A stretch of 64,000 nt of DNA, taken from an uncultured Verrucomicrobiota bacterium (GTDB lineage: Bacteria; Verrucomicrobiota; Verrucomicrobiia; Limisphaerales; UBA9464). Every line of letters starts with the position of its first letter. Position 1 is the stretch's first letter. The stretch spans positions 649 through 64,648 of the forward strand of contig CAINWP010000235.1 of assembly GCA_903854475.1 (NCBI GenBank), read 5' to 3'. Below the pieces are notes generated by a model. That model had not been told where the DNA came from. It saw only the letters and a list, made by a program, of their open reading frames with translations, and did not search any database. The position numbers were made by a program, and so were the translations under genes. Of this stretch, positions 20,073 through 28,905 are shown piece by piece.

Positions 20073-20849
20073 TCAGAACCGGGTGTCGCCCTTCTTGAGG
20101 TTCAGTTCCCGGATCCAGATGTTGCGATAGCGCACGTCGTGGCCTTCGTTCTGAAGCTTCAGCCCGCCGGGGCTGTCGGTGATTCCCTTGCCGCCATCAT
20201 TGCCGCCATCGATTCCGGAATTCGGTCCGCCCCAGACTTGTTGGATGGTGACGTTGGTGTGTACGAGTTGACCGTTGAAATACATGGAGACGAGAGGCTT
20301 CTCGACGAGCTTGCCCTCCTTGAAGCGAGCTGCTCGGAAGTTGATGTCGTAGGCATTCCACTTTCCGGTACCGTTGTAGGCGTGGTAGGGTGAGGGCGTT
20401 TCGTTAATCACCGCGGCCATGCCGTGCGGGGTTTTGTCGCCATCGAGCACCTGGATCTCGTAGCGGTTCTGCAAGTACACGCCGCTGTTTCCGTGGGGTT
20501 TTGCGATCCGGAACTCCACGTGCAGCCGGAAATCGCGAAATTCCTGGACCGTCACCAAATCGGCCGTGCCGAACTTGCCACCGTCCGACACCCGGTCATC
20601 GGTCATCATGACTGTGCCGCCATCCACGGGATCCTCGACGATGGGCCACTTGATGGGCAGTGAGGACTTGAAGCCGGGTCCCTTCCAGTAAGTCCATTTG
20701 GAATGGAGCATTTCCTTGGATCCGTCGAAGAGCACTTGGGTGCCCTTCTCAGGTTTGGCTCCCACACCGACATGGGGCGAGGCAGCCCAGGCACCGGCGG
20801 CCGAGGCGAAGGTGAGGGCGAGGACAGTAAGGGTTTTTAGGGCATTCAT
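20073..20849 (-). CDS. DUF1080 (3-keto-disaccharide hydrolase-like) secreted protein
   Basis: The ATG at 20849 gives the signal peptide MNALKTLTVLALTFASAAGAWA. Motifs NSGVYLQNRYEIQVLD and VRYRNIWIRELN are typical of DUF1080. The track ORF extends upstream to 20966. Confidence 0.8.
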   Translation of the reverse strand: MNALKTLTVLALTFASAAGAWAASPHVGVGAKPEKGTQVLFDGSKEMLHSKWTYWKGPGFKSSLPIKWPIVEDPVDGGTVMMTDDRVSDGGKFGTADLVTVQEFRDFRLHVEFRIAKPHGNSGVYLQNRYEIQVLDGDKTPHGMAAVINETPSPYHAYNGTGKWNAYDINFRAARFKEGKLVEKPLVSMYFNGQLVHTNVTIQQVWGGPNSGIDGGNDGGKGITDSPGGLKLQNEGHDVRYRNIWIRELNLKKGDTRF

Positions 20850-20979
20850 GGTGGGAGAAATCGGTACGAAACCCTTTGCCGCAGAACGGGCCGGAGTCAA
20901 CCGAACGATTACTGGACACGCTGCAAGAAACCGACCGCGCCTTGCGTGCGGCCCGGTTGGTCGCACACTGAGACTTGTT

Positions 20980-21819
20980 ATGGGTGATTTTTCGGATGCT
21001 GCACTGGTGCTGCTAGGACATGGATCGACGGTGAACGCCGATTCGGCGGCCCCAACTCATCAACATGCCGAGGAGTTGCGTCGGCGCGGGGTCTTCGCCC
21101 AGGTGCTGACTGGCTTCTGGAAGGAGCACCCGGCGTTTTCCGGGGCGCTGCGCGGAGTTCATACTCCGCGGGTGTTCGTGGTTCCCTTGTTCATCAGCGA
21201 AGGCTACTTCACCGAAGAGGTGATCCCGCGGGAACTCGGTTTGGCTGAGCGCGGTCAGACGCTCTTTCCGAAGGTCCAAGAGAGGAATGGTCGCCAGATT
21301 CATTATTGTGGCCCCGTTGGCACCCACGCTCGCATGACGGAGGTGATCTTGGCTCGGGCCCAAGAGGCGGTGGGTTCCAGCCCGGAGGTTCCTTCCCTGT
21401 CCGAGAGTTCTCTGTTCATCGCCGGGCATGGCACGAGCAATAACGAGAATTCGCGACGCGCAATCGAGGACCAAGTACTGCTCATCCGGAAACGAGGTCT
21501 CTACCGCGACGTCCATCCGATCTTCATGGAAGAGGATCCTCGGATTGCTGATGCCTACACTCTGGGCGAGACAGATAATCTCATCGTGGTGCCCTTCTTC
21601 ATCAGCGATGGCCTGCACAGTTACGAGGACATCCCGGTCATGCTGGGGGCCTCGGCCGAATCGGTGCAGGAACGCTTCCGGCGCGGGGAGCCTACGTGGA
21701 TCAATCCCACCACTGTCCACGGCAAGCGGGTCTGGTACGGTCGTAGCATCGGAACTGCACTCATGCTGGCCGACGTGGTGATGGACCGGGTACGCGAGAG
21801 TGTTGCGACGGTGTTGTGA
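20980..21819 (+). CDS. CbiX/SirB-type chelatase, two-domain
   Basis: The ATG at 20980 gives MGDFSDAALVLLGHGSTVN. The two halves each carry a GHG(S/T) motif (LLGHGS and IAGHGT) and PLFIS/PFFIS strands. Confidence 0.75.
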   Translation: MGDFSDAALVLLGHGSTVNADSAAPTHQHAEELRRRGVFAQVLTGFWKEHPAFSGALRGVHTPRVFVVPLFISEGYFTEEVIPRELGLAERGQTLFPKVQERNGRQIHYCGPVGTHARMTEVILARAQEAVGSSPEVPSLSESSLFIAGHGTSNNENSRRAIEDQVLLIRKRGLYRDVHPIFMEEDPRIADAYTLGETDNLIVVPFFISDGLHSYEDIPVMLGASAESVQERFRRGEPTWINPTTVHGKRVWYGRSIGTALMLADVVMDRVRESVATVL

Positions 21820-21893
21820 GGCTCGCAATTGGGGGGCCCCGATGGGTCTTCCCCTTTTGCCTAGTGCAGCGAGTAGATTACCTTCACGCCCGC

Positions 21894-22832
21894 ATGAAGA
21901 GGTTCCCTTGGTTGACGTCGGTATTCCTCGCTGCAGCCCTCGCCCTTGGCTGGGTTGGCTGCTCGCCGGCGGCTCCCGCCACGGCGGGCGGTGGTTCTGC
22001 GGCTGAAGAAACACCTCGGGAGTATTCCGTCCGTGGGGTGGTGCGGCGGGTGGAGCCTGAGCGGCGGTCGGTGGTGGTGAAGCACGAGGAGATTCCCGGT
22101 TTCATGCCGGCCATGACCATGCCCTTCGATGTGAAGGAGCCGAAGGAACTCAACGGGCTCAAACCCGGTGACCGGATCGCCTTCCGCATGCTAGTTACCA
22201 CGAATGATGGGTGGATCGACCGCATCCACGTCGTCGGCTCCGATACCAATGCCGTGGCTGCGCCTCCGCCGGTGCGGGTCTCTTCTTCGGTGCCTTTGCT
22301 GGAGGCAGGATCGTTGCTGCCGGATTACACGCTGACCAATGAGTTGGGGAGGGTAATCCGGTTGTCGGAGTTTCGGGGGCAGGTGTTGGCCTTCACGTTC
22401 ATTTTTACTCGTTGTCCCTATCCTGATTTCTGCCCGCGGATGACGGACCTTTTCGCTCGAGCGCAGAAGAGCCTAGAGGGCCAGCCCGATGCGCCGAAGA
22501 ACGTGAAGTTTCTGTCTATCTCGTTCGATCCGGAGCACGACACTCCGGAACTTCTGCGAGCTTATGCGGAGCGCCACAATTACAATCCATCCCATTGGAC
22601 GTTGGCGACAGGTGCCTGGGATCAACTCGAACCGCTGACCGGACATTTTGGTCTGCTCTTCGGGCGTGATGTGCCACCCGAGAAGATGGAACACAATTTG
22701 CGCACTGTGGTGGTTCGGCCTTCAGGGAAGATCCAGGCGATCCTTCCCAGCAATGAGTGGCAGTCGGAGGACCTGATCCGTGAAATTCGGGCGGCGGCTG
22801 CGGAACCAACGACGACGGCCCAGGGACGGTAA
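21894..22832 (+). CDS. SCO1/SenC-family thiol-disulfide copper protein fused to an N-terminal CusF-like Cu-binding domain; lipoprotein
   Basis: The ATG at 21894 gives MKRFPWLTSVFLAAALALGWVGC (lipobox). The CusF-like segment is VVKHEEIPGFMPAMTMPFDV...GDRIAFRM. The SCO segment is VLAFTFIFTRCPYPDFCPRMT...FLSISFDPEHDTP. Confidence 0.8.
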   Translation: MKRFPWLTSVFLAAALALGWVGCSPAAPATAGGGSAAEETPREYSVRGVVRRVEPERRSVVVKHEEIPGFMPAMTMPFDVKEPKELNGLKPGDRIAFRMLVTTNDGWIDRIHVVGSDTNAVAAPPPVRVSSSVPLLEAGSLLPDYTLTNELGRVIRLSEFRGQVLAFTFIFTRCPYPDFCPRMTDLFARAQKSLEGQPDAPKNVKFLSISFDPEHDTPELLRAYAERHNYNPSHWTLATGAWDQLEPLTGHFGLLFGRDVPPEKMEHNLRTVVVRPSGKIQAILPSNEWQSEDLIREIRAAAAEPTTTAQGR

Positions 22833-23005
22833 GCCCTTGATGCGCCGGGGGGCTGGCTCTTGGGTGGATGCTCCGCGGGATCGATCCTGCGCTCGCAGGG
22901 AGACTCCTTGAGTGATGACTTCGCGCTGCGCACGAGGGGTTCTTTGTTGTTCGCCTCCTATGCTCGCTCCAGATCGATCCCGCTGTGCATCGGTTCACTC
23001 TGCAG

Positions 23006-23094
23006 TCCTCTGATCCCTGACTTCTAACTTCTGAACCCTAACCCCTGACACCTGTCCCCTGACACCTGATCTCTGTCCCCTGACCTCTGTCACT
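23006..23094. repeat. Pyrimidine-rich degenerate short tandem repeats (CCCCTGAC(A)CCTGT-like)
   Basis: CCCCTGACACCTGT occurs at 23042-23055 and again from 23056. CCCCTGACCTCTGT occurs at 23077-23090. These are preceded by related CTGA-containing units (TCTGATCCCTGACTTCTAACTTCTGAACCCTAA). The region lies between convergent genes. Confidence 0.8.
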
Positions 23095-23179
23095 GGCGCC
23101 ATTGGGGCGGATCCATCGGGAGTTCGGGAGGGCTCCGATTTGGAACCCTCCGGGACGAACGATCTTCACCACTCGTAAA

Positions 23180-24067
23180 TTACTTCTTCTTGCCGAACTT
23201 CTTGGCGGCGGGGGCCTTGAGGCGCTTGAACTCCTTCGTGAGGTTGGTCAGCGAGGCTTCGACTCCCATTCGCTCGAGGGAACTGGCTCCGACGAAGCCC
23301 ACAGCATCGGTGTTCTTCATCACGCGATCGGCGTCGGCGGGTGTGTTGATGGGGCCGCCATGGCACAGGAAGAAGATGTCTTTCCGGACTCGGGAGGCGG
23401 CGTTGATGATTTCCTGGGTGCGCTGGAGGGTGAAGTCCCAACTCACTACGGCGTTCTGGACGCCAATGCTGCCACCGACGGTCGTACCGACGTGGGCGAT
23501 GATGGCGTCAGCCCCGGACTTGGCCATTTCCACGGCTTCTTCAGGGGTGCCGACATAGACGATGGAAAAGAGATCCATTTTCCGGGCGAGCGCGACCATT
23601 TCATATTCCTTCTTCACGCTCATGCCGGTCTCTTCGAGCACGCCCCGAAAATGGCCGTCGATGATGGTGTGGGTAGGGAAGTTGTTCACGCCGCTGAAAC
23701 CCATCTCTTTGACCTTGCCCAACCAGTGCCACATGCGGCGGCGGGGATCGGTGGCGTGGACGCCGCAGATGACGGGCACTTCTTCGACGACTGGAAGCAC
23801 TTCGTACTCTCCGATCTCCATGGCGATGGCATTGGCGTCGCCGTAAGCCATCATGCCGCAGGTGGATCCGTGGCCCATCATGCGGAAGCGGCCGGAGTTA
23901 TAGATGATGATGAGGTCGGCGCCGCCCTTCTCGATGAATTTTGCGCTAATGCCCGCGCCAGCGCCGGCGGCGATGACGGCGTCGCCTTTCTTGATGGTGT
24001 CCATCAAGCGCTCGCGGACTTCTTTGCGGGTGTAAGGATTTCCTTTGCCGGTCCAGGGATTGGGCAT
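23180..24067 (-). CDS. Phosphoenolpyruvate hydrolase-like TIM-barrel protein (PF09370-like)
   Basis: The ATG at 24067 gives MPNPWTGKGNPYTRKEVRERL. Motifs are IIAAGAGAGISAKFIEKGGADLIIIYNSGRFRM and GFSGVNNFPT. The C-terminal tail is Lys-rich (KKFGKKK). Confidence 0.7.
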   Translation of the reverse strand: MPNPWTGKGNPYTRKEVRERLMDTIKKGDAVIAAGAGAGISAKFIEKGGADLIIIYNSGRFRMMGHGSTCGMMAYGDANAIAMEIGEYEVLPVVEEVPVICGVHATDPRRRMWHWLGKVKEMGFSGVNNFPTHTIIDGHFRGVLEETGMSVKKEYEMVALARKMDLFSIVYVGTPEEAVEMAKSGADAIIAHVGTTVGGSIGVQNAVVSWDFTLQRTQEIINAASRVRKDIFFLCHGGPINTPADADRVMKNTDAVGFVGASSLERMGVEASLTNLTKEFKRLKAPAAKKFGKKK

Positions 24068-24214
24068 GTTCTTAAAACGAAAACAGTTGGAACTTAACAA
24101 AGCCATTGAAGCGCTCCAGCGTCAATCTTGGCCATGCTGCGGAGGCACGGTTGCCTGCTCCGAAACCAACGATGCGCTCGCGCTGGAGACGGGCCCGGTC
24201 CAGAGTTTCCAACG

Positions 24215-24676
24215 ATGAGCCGCATTGAATCCAAACTGGCCGAACTCGGCATTGCCCTACCCGCTCCGCCGCCACCCGGCGGGAACTACCTGCCCTTTCG
24301 CATTGAGGGCAAGACGTTGTATTTACCCGGGGCGATCGCGAGCCGGGAAGGTAAGATTCAATATGCCGGCAAGGTCGGTGAGACTCTGACGATCGAAGAC
24401 GGCTACGAGGCGGCCAAGTTGTGCGCGCTCAATTTGCTGGCCTGCGCAAAACTAGGCCTGGGCGATCTGGATCGCATCGACCACGTGATTTCCGTCAGCG
24501 GTTACGTCAATTGCGTGGCCGGTTTCCCGGACAGTCCCAAGGTGATCAACGGGGCCAGCGATTTGCTGGTGGCTTTACTCGGAGACGATGGGCGGCATGT
24601 TCGGGCTGCGGTGGGCGTGGCGGGTCTGCCGGTCAACTCCGCGACCGAAGTGCAAATGATCGTGGCCCTGAAGTAA
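24215..24676 (+). CDS. RidA/YjgF-family protein
   Basis: The ATG at 24215 gives MSRIESKLAELGIALPAPPPPGGNYLPF...GYVNCVAGFPDSPKVINGASDLL...VGVAGLPVNSATEVQMIV. Confidence 0.85.
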   Translation: MSRIESKLAELGIALPAPPPPGGNYLPFRIEGKTLYLPGAIASREGKIQYAGKVGETLTIEDGYEAAKLCALNLLACAKLGLGDLDRIDHVISVSGYVNCVAGFPDSPKVINGASDLLVALLGDDGRHVRAAVGVAGLPVNSATEVQMIVALK

Positions 24677-24755
24677 AAGGAGGTAAGGCTCCGCGAGGGG
24701 AAACCCCTTTTGTGGGTGCGCAGATTTCCCGAGTCGATGGATCCGCGCGGAACCA

Positions 24756-26279
24756 TCAGCGCGGGAAGTGTTCGGCCAGCGAGATGGCCTTCCGCATGGC
24801 CTTCGATTTGTTGACCGTCTCGTCGAATTCAGACTCGGGGTCGGAGTCGTTGACCCAACCGCCACCGGCTTGGACATACGCCATTCCGTCCTTCACCAGT
24901 GCCGTTCGAATGGTGATGCAGTGGTCGGCATTGCCATTGAACCCGAAGTAGCCCACGCAGCCGCCATAGGGCCCGCGGGTGGTGCCTTCGAGTTCCGAGA
25001 TGATTTGCATGGCCCGGATTTTGGGCGCGCCGCTGAGGGTCCCCGCCGGGAAGGTGGTCCGCATCAAGTCGAAGGCCGTGCGCTCGGGCGAGAGTTGGCC
25101 GTTCACCTGGGAGACGATGTGCATCACGTGGCTGTAGCGTTCGATGACCATCAAGTCACGGACGGCCACGCTGCCATACTCGCAGACACGACCGATGTCG
25201 TTGCGGGCCAGATCCACGAGCATGACGTGCTCAGCGCGCTCCTTGGGATCAGCCAAAAGCTCCTGCTCCAGGGCCAGGTCTTCCGCCTCATTAGCCCCGC
25301 GACGACGGGTGCCAGCGATGGGTCGGATTTCCACGGCACGCTCTTCGCAACGCACATGCAATTCGGGCGAGGCCCCCACCAATGCGAAGCCCTCTAGCTC
25401 CAAAAGGAACATGTAGGGCGAGGGATTGATGGAGCGCACGGCTCGGTAAATCTCCATGGGCGAGGCTTTTACCGGGGCGCTGAAACGCTGGGAGCCGACG
25501 ATCTGGATGATGTCGCCAGAACGGATAAACTCTTTGGACCGGGCGACGTTGGCTAGAAACTGCTCGCGCGGGGTGTTGGAGACAAAGGGAGCGTCGGGAA
25601 CTTGGGTCTCAAGGGTCACCGGGCGGCTCGGGAGAGGTTGCTCCAGCAGGGCCACGAGGCGATCGATCTCAGAGACCGCATCTTCATGGGCGACATCCGG
25701 ATCACCGCCGGGGGGCAGCACGGCATGCACAATCACTGTCAACGTCTGAGCCACGCGATCAAATACGAGGACCTGGTCGGCGATCAGAAAATACAGCGTG
25801 GGAGTCCCTAACTCATCTTTTGGCGGACGCGGTACCACCGGTTCCACATCATGGATGAACTCGTAGCCCAAGAATCCCACCGCACCGCCAGTGAAGCGGG
25901 GCATGCCGGGAACCGGCACGGGAACGAAGCCTGAAAGCACGGCCTCAACCACCTGAAGCCCGTCGCGGACGACCTTCTCGCCGGGTTGACCCGGAGTGGG
26001 CGAGACGCGGTAGGTTTCGATCACTCGACCGTGTTCTAAGATCTCCACCCGATCACCGACTTGGCGGATCACCGAACGGGGGCCGCAGCCGACGAAGGAA
26101 TAGCGGCCCAAGTGCTCGCCCCCCTCGACGGACTCGAAGAGGAACGATTCGCCCTGCCCTCGCAGTTTCTGGTAGGCGGACAAGGGTGTTTCAAAATCCG
26201 CGAGCAGGCGACGGGCCACCGGGATGCAATTACCCCGGCGGGCTAGCACCGCGAACTCTTCTCGGGTCGGCGTGTCCAT
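24756..26279 (-). CDS. trpE: Anthranilate synthase component I
   Basis: 507 aa. Motifs include LFESVEGGE, GDIIQIVGSQRF, NPSPYMFLLE, RPIAGTRRRG, GTLSGAPKIRAMQII and PYGGCVGYF. Confidence 0.93.
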   Translation of the reverse strand: MDTPTREEFAVLARRGNCIPVARRLLADFETPLSAYQKLRGQGESFLFESVEGGEHLGRYSFVGCGPRSVIRQVGDRVEILEHGRVIETYRVSPTPGQPGEKVVRDGLQVVEAVLSGFVPVPVPGMPRFTGGAVGFLGYEFIHDVEPVVPRPPKDELGTPTLYFLIADQVLVFDRVAQTLTVIVHAVLPPGGDPDVAHEDAVSEIDRLVALLEQPLPSRPVTLETQVPDAPFVSNTPREQFLANVARSKEFIRSGDIIQIVGSQRFSAPVKASPMEIYRAVRSINPSPYMFLLELEGFALVGASPELHVRCEERAVEIRPIAGTRRRGANEAEDLALEQELLADPKERAEHVMLVDLARNDIGRVCEYGSVAVRDLMVIERYSHVMHIVSQVNGQLSPERTAFDLMRTTFPAGTLSGAPKIRAMQIISELEGTTRGPYGGCVGYFGFNGNADHCITIRTALVKDGMAYVQAGGGWVNDSDPESEFDETVNKSKAMRKAISLAEHFPR

Positions 26280-26515
26280 GACGGAGCTGATGATAAGCCG
26301 AAACCCCGGTAGACCAGAAGCCCGAAGCGCGAGCGTCCAGCAGGTCGCGCGGGCGTCCTCATCGGAGATTTAGAAGCGGAGTTTCGCTGGCCTTGGAGCG
26401 GGTGACGGGCACTGGGCTAGGTGGGATCGAATAGAGAAGGGATCTCCGTCCCGCCGGACGGAACTCACCGAAACTGCTCGCGCTGGGCAAAAACCTTGGA
26501 TTGGCTCAGTCGCAC

Positions 26516-27367
26516 ATGCCCTTGGACAACACCCTTCCTCCCGGCAACTTCCCGGCACCGCGAGAGATTGGATGCCTGGGGACTGTGCTGACCGTGACCG
26601 ATCACCCGGGAGCGATGGACCTGTGCTGCCAACTGACACAGCAGTCCTTCCCGTCAGCCATCGAGTTTTGCAACACGCAGATCGTCACCCTGCGCCGATC
26701 CGATCCGGAATACCGCCAGACCTCCGAGTGCTTCGATCGCTTCATCCCCGATAGTTCCCCGCTGCTCTGGCTGCTCAATGCGGCCGGGGCCGGCATGAAG
26801 GATCGCGTCTACGGTCCGGCGTTCTTCCGGCATGCGCTGATCCATTCACCACCCACCCTCACACACTACCTCTTGGGCGGATCGGAGGCCTGTGGTCGGG
26901 CGTTGGCTGAACGATTCACGCTCCTGAATCCAGGTTTACGCATAGTAGGCTCCTTCCATGGCCGCTGCGATACGGGTGGAGTTCTTGGGGCCGACGAGGA
27001 CCGGGTCCTAAAAGAGTTGCGGCGTCTCAAACCCGACTTCATTTGGGTGGGTCTGGGCACCCCGAAGCAGCAGCGCTGGATAGCCCGGGTTAAACCTCTG
27101 ATCGAACACGGGGTCCTGCTCTCGGTGGGTCAGGCCTTTGACGTGAACGCCGGGCTGCGAGCCGATGCCCCAGGCTGGATGCAACGGTGCGGCCTGACTT
27201 GGCTCTACCGGATGGCCTCGGAACCGCGCCGTCTGGTCGGGCGCTATTTGCACCACAACTCGCTGTTTCTCGGCTACCTGCTCTGGGACACAGTGCGGGG
27301 AGTGGTCTTCCGCCCCAAACCCGACATCCGAGGCGAACTGCGGGGCCAAGGTACACCCCGGCGCTAA
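26516..27367 (+). CDS. WecG/TagA/CpsF-family glycosyltransferase
   Basis: The family motif is PDFIWVGLGTPKQQRWI, with LLSVGQAFD downstream. The start is uncertain (TTG at 26501 or ATG at 26516). Confidence 0.8.
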   Translation: MPLDNTLPPGNFPAPREIGCLGTVLTVTDHPGAMDLCCQLTQQSFPSAIEFCNTQIVTLRRSDPEYRQTSECFDRFIPDSSPLLWLLNAAGAGMKDRVYGPAFFRHALIHSPPTLTHYLLGGSEACGRALAERFTLLNPGLRIVGSFHGRCDTGGVLGADEDRVLKELRRLKPDFIWVGLGTPKQQRWIARVKPLIEHGVLLSVGQAFDVNAGLRADAPGWMQRCGLTWLYRMASEPRRLVGRYLHHNSLFLGYLLWDTVRGVVFRPKPDIRGELRGQGTPRR

Positions 27368-27464
27368 CTCCGAATTTGCCAACTCCGGCTCGCCTCTTCA
27401 ACGGCGGCGCTGAGCCGGCAGGATTTACGCAGTCCGCAGGACCGATGCAATTGAATCGGTCCGC

Positions 27465-28394
27465 TCAGGCGACCGAAGCCACCTCGGCTTGAAACAGGTC
27501 TTCGGAGGCCGTTCGGCACAGACCCAGAAACGTCTCCTCGGCCAAAGTCAGACGGCGCGTGCGCCAGTGCAGGGCACCCCAATCCCGGCGAGCTTTGCGT
27601 CGTCCCAATGGCAGTGCGACCAGCGATCCATTCCGCAGTTCAGGCGCGGCGACCCAAGGAGCAAGGATTCCTACCCCGAGGTTGAGTTTTGCTAGTTCTT
27701 TCAGGGCCTCGAAGCTGCCCATCTCGATGACCGTGTTGAGCGCGACGCCCTCCTCTCGAAAATAGGCGTCAAGAATGCGCCAAGTGAGGCTGCGCTTTCC
27801 ATAAACGACCACGCTCTGCCGGGAGATTTCCGCCCGAGGCACGGAGCCGGATTGGGCCCAGGGATGCTTGGGTGAGGCAATGAACGACAGCTCATCAGAG
27901 AAGAGCGGCACGAACTGGAAGCGTTCCTCGGACTTGGGCTCCAGCGTCAGGGCCAAGTCGGCCCGATTCGATTCGATCATTGCCACGGCCGAGGCCGAAT
28001 CGCCGACTTCCACGCTAATGAGGCTCTGAGGAAAGCTTTCCTTGAACTCCCGCAAAACCGCCGGCAGCAAGTAGGCGCAGAGGGCGGGCGGAGCCACGAT
28101 GCGCAGGCGACCCATCCCCCATTTGCCCAGTCGCTCGATGCCCGCACGGGCGCTGGACATTTCCTGAAGCACCCGCTCGGCATGCACCAACAACTGCTCG
28201 CCGGCTTGGGTTAGCAAGACCTTCTTGCCCAACCTGTCCAAAAGACGACAGCCCACATCGGTTTCCAAAGCTTTCATGGAATGACTGACCGCCGACTGGG
28301 TGAGGAACAGTTCGCGGGCCGTCTGAGTGAAACTCCCCGTGCGAGCCAGAATGACAAACGCGTGGAGCTGTCGACTGTCGAAGGGCGCATTCAT
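27465..28394 (-). CDS. LysR-family transcriptional regulator
   Basis: The N-terminal HTH is LHAFVILARTGSFTQTARELFLTQSAVSHSMKALE. The substrate-binding domain has typical length. 309 aa. Confidence 0.9.
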   Translation of the reverse strand: MNAPFDSRQLHAFVILARTGSFTQTARELFLTQSAVSHSMKALETDVGCRLLDRLGKKVLLTQAGEQLLVHAERVLQEMSSARAGIERLGKWGMGRLRIVAPPALCAYLLPAVLREFKESFPQSLISVEVGDSASAVAMIESNRADLALTLEPKSEERFQFVPLFSDELSFIASPKHPWAQSGSVPRAEISRQSVVVYGKRSLTWRILDAYFREEGVALNTVIEMGSFEALKELAKLNLGVGILAPWVAAPELRNGSLVALPLGRRKARRDWGALHWRTRRLTLAEETFLGLCRTASEDLFQAEVASVA

Positions 28395-28905
28395 TCATGA
28401 AACAGGTTCATCCAAAACATCGAAACTAAGAGAAGCAGTTGACGGGCCGATCACCCTCATCGACTGGAGACAGGTCCAAGAAACGCCATGCCAACCCCGT
28501 AACGGTAATGCCGGAAACGCCCTTACCCGGGCCGGAGGCAGAACGATTGCGTCGGGTTCACAGTCGAACAGGCCTGTTCTCGTTGGGCTCGTCGAAGCGG
28601 ATCTGGGACGGTGCTCCAGGCCCAAGTTATCCGTCCAATTGCGCCACCTGCTGGGGGAGGCCGGACTCCGGAATCGACTTTTCGAAGGGGAGACTGTGGA
28701 CCGCGCGCGTCCCCTGCAGCGTACCACTGAAATTGCTGGTGACCTCACCACTCCCGGCCTCGGCCCAGGATGCCGAAGCCATATCCCGATGGACTTTGGG
28801 CGAACCGACGCACCGGAGCCCCATCCCTACAATCTGACAACCGCCGCGGGCGAGGCCTACAAACCCCAAACCAAAACCCGCGGCGCTCAACCCAACTCCC
28901 CTGAC

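Noticed and set aside
20698-20979. Upstream extensions of track ORFs, namely 20698 for cbiX, 20966 for the DUF1080 gene, 21816 for the SCO1 gene, 24106 for the PEP-hydrolase-like gene, 24128 for ridA, 7071 for the response regulator, 62983 for cysD and 14166 for the NUP gene.
   Set aside because: In each case an internal ATG gives a canonical family N-terminus or a clean signal peptide or lipobox. The extension is Arg/Pro-rich and often overlaps the neighbouring gene.
23006-23094. The short repeats as a possible CRISPR array.
   Set aside because: The units are 14-21 nt, degenerate and contiguous without unique spacers. No cas genes are present in the window.
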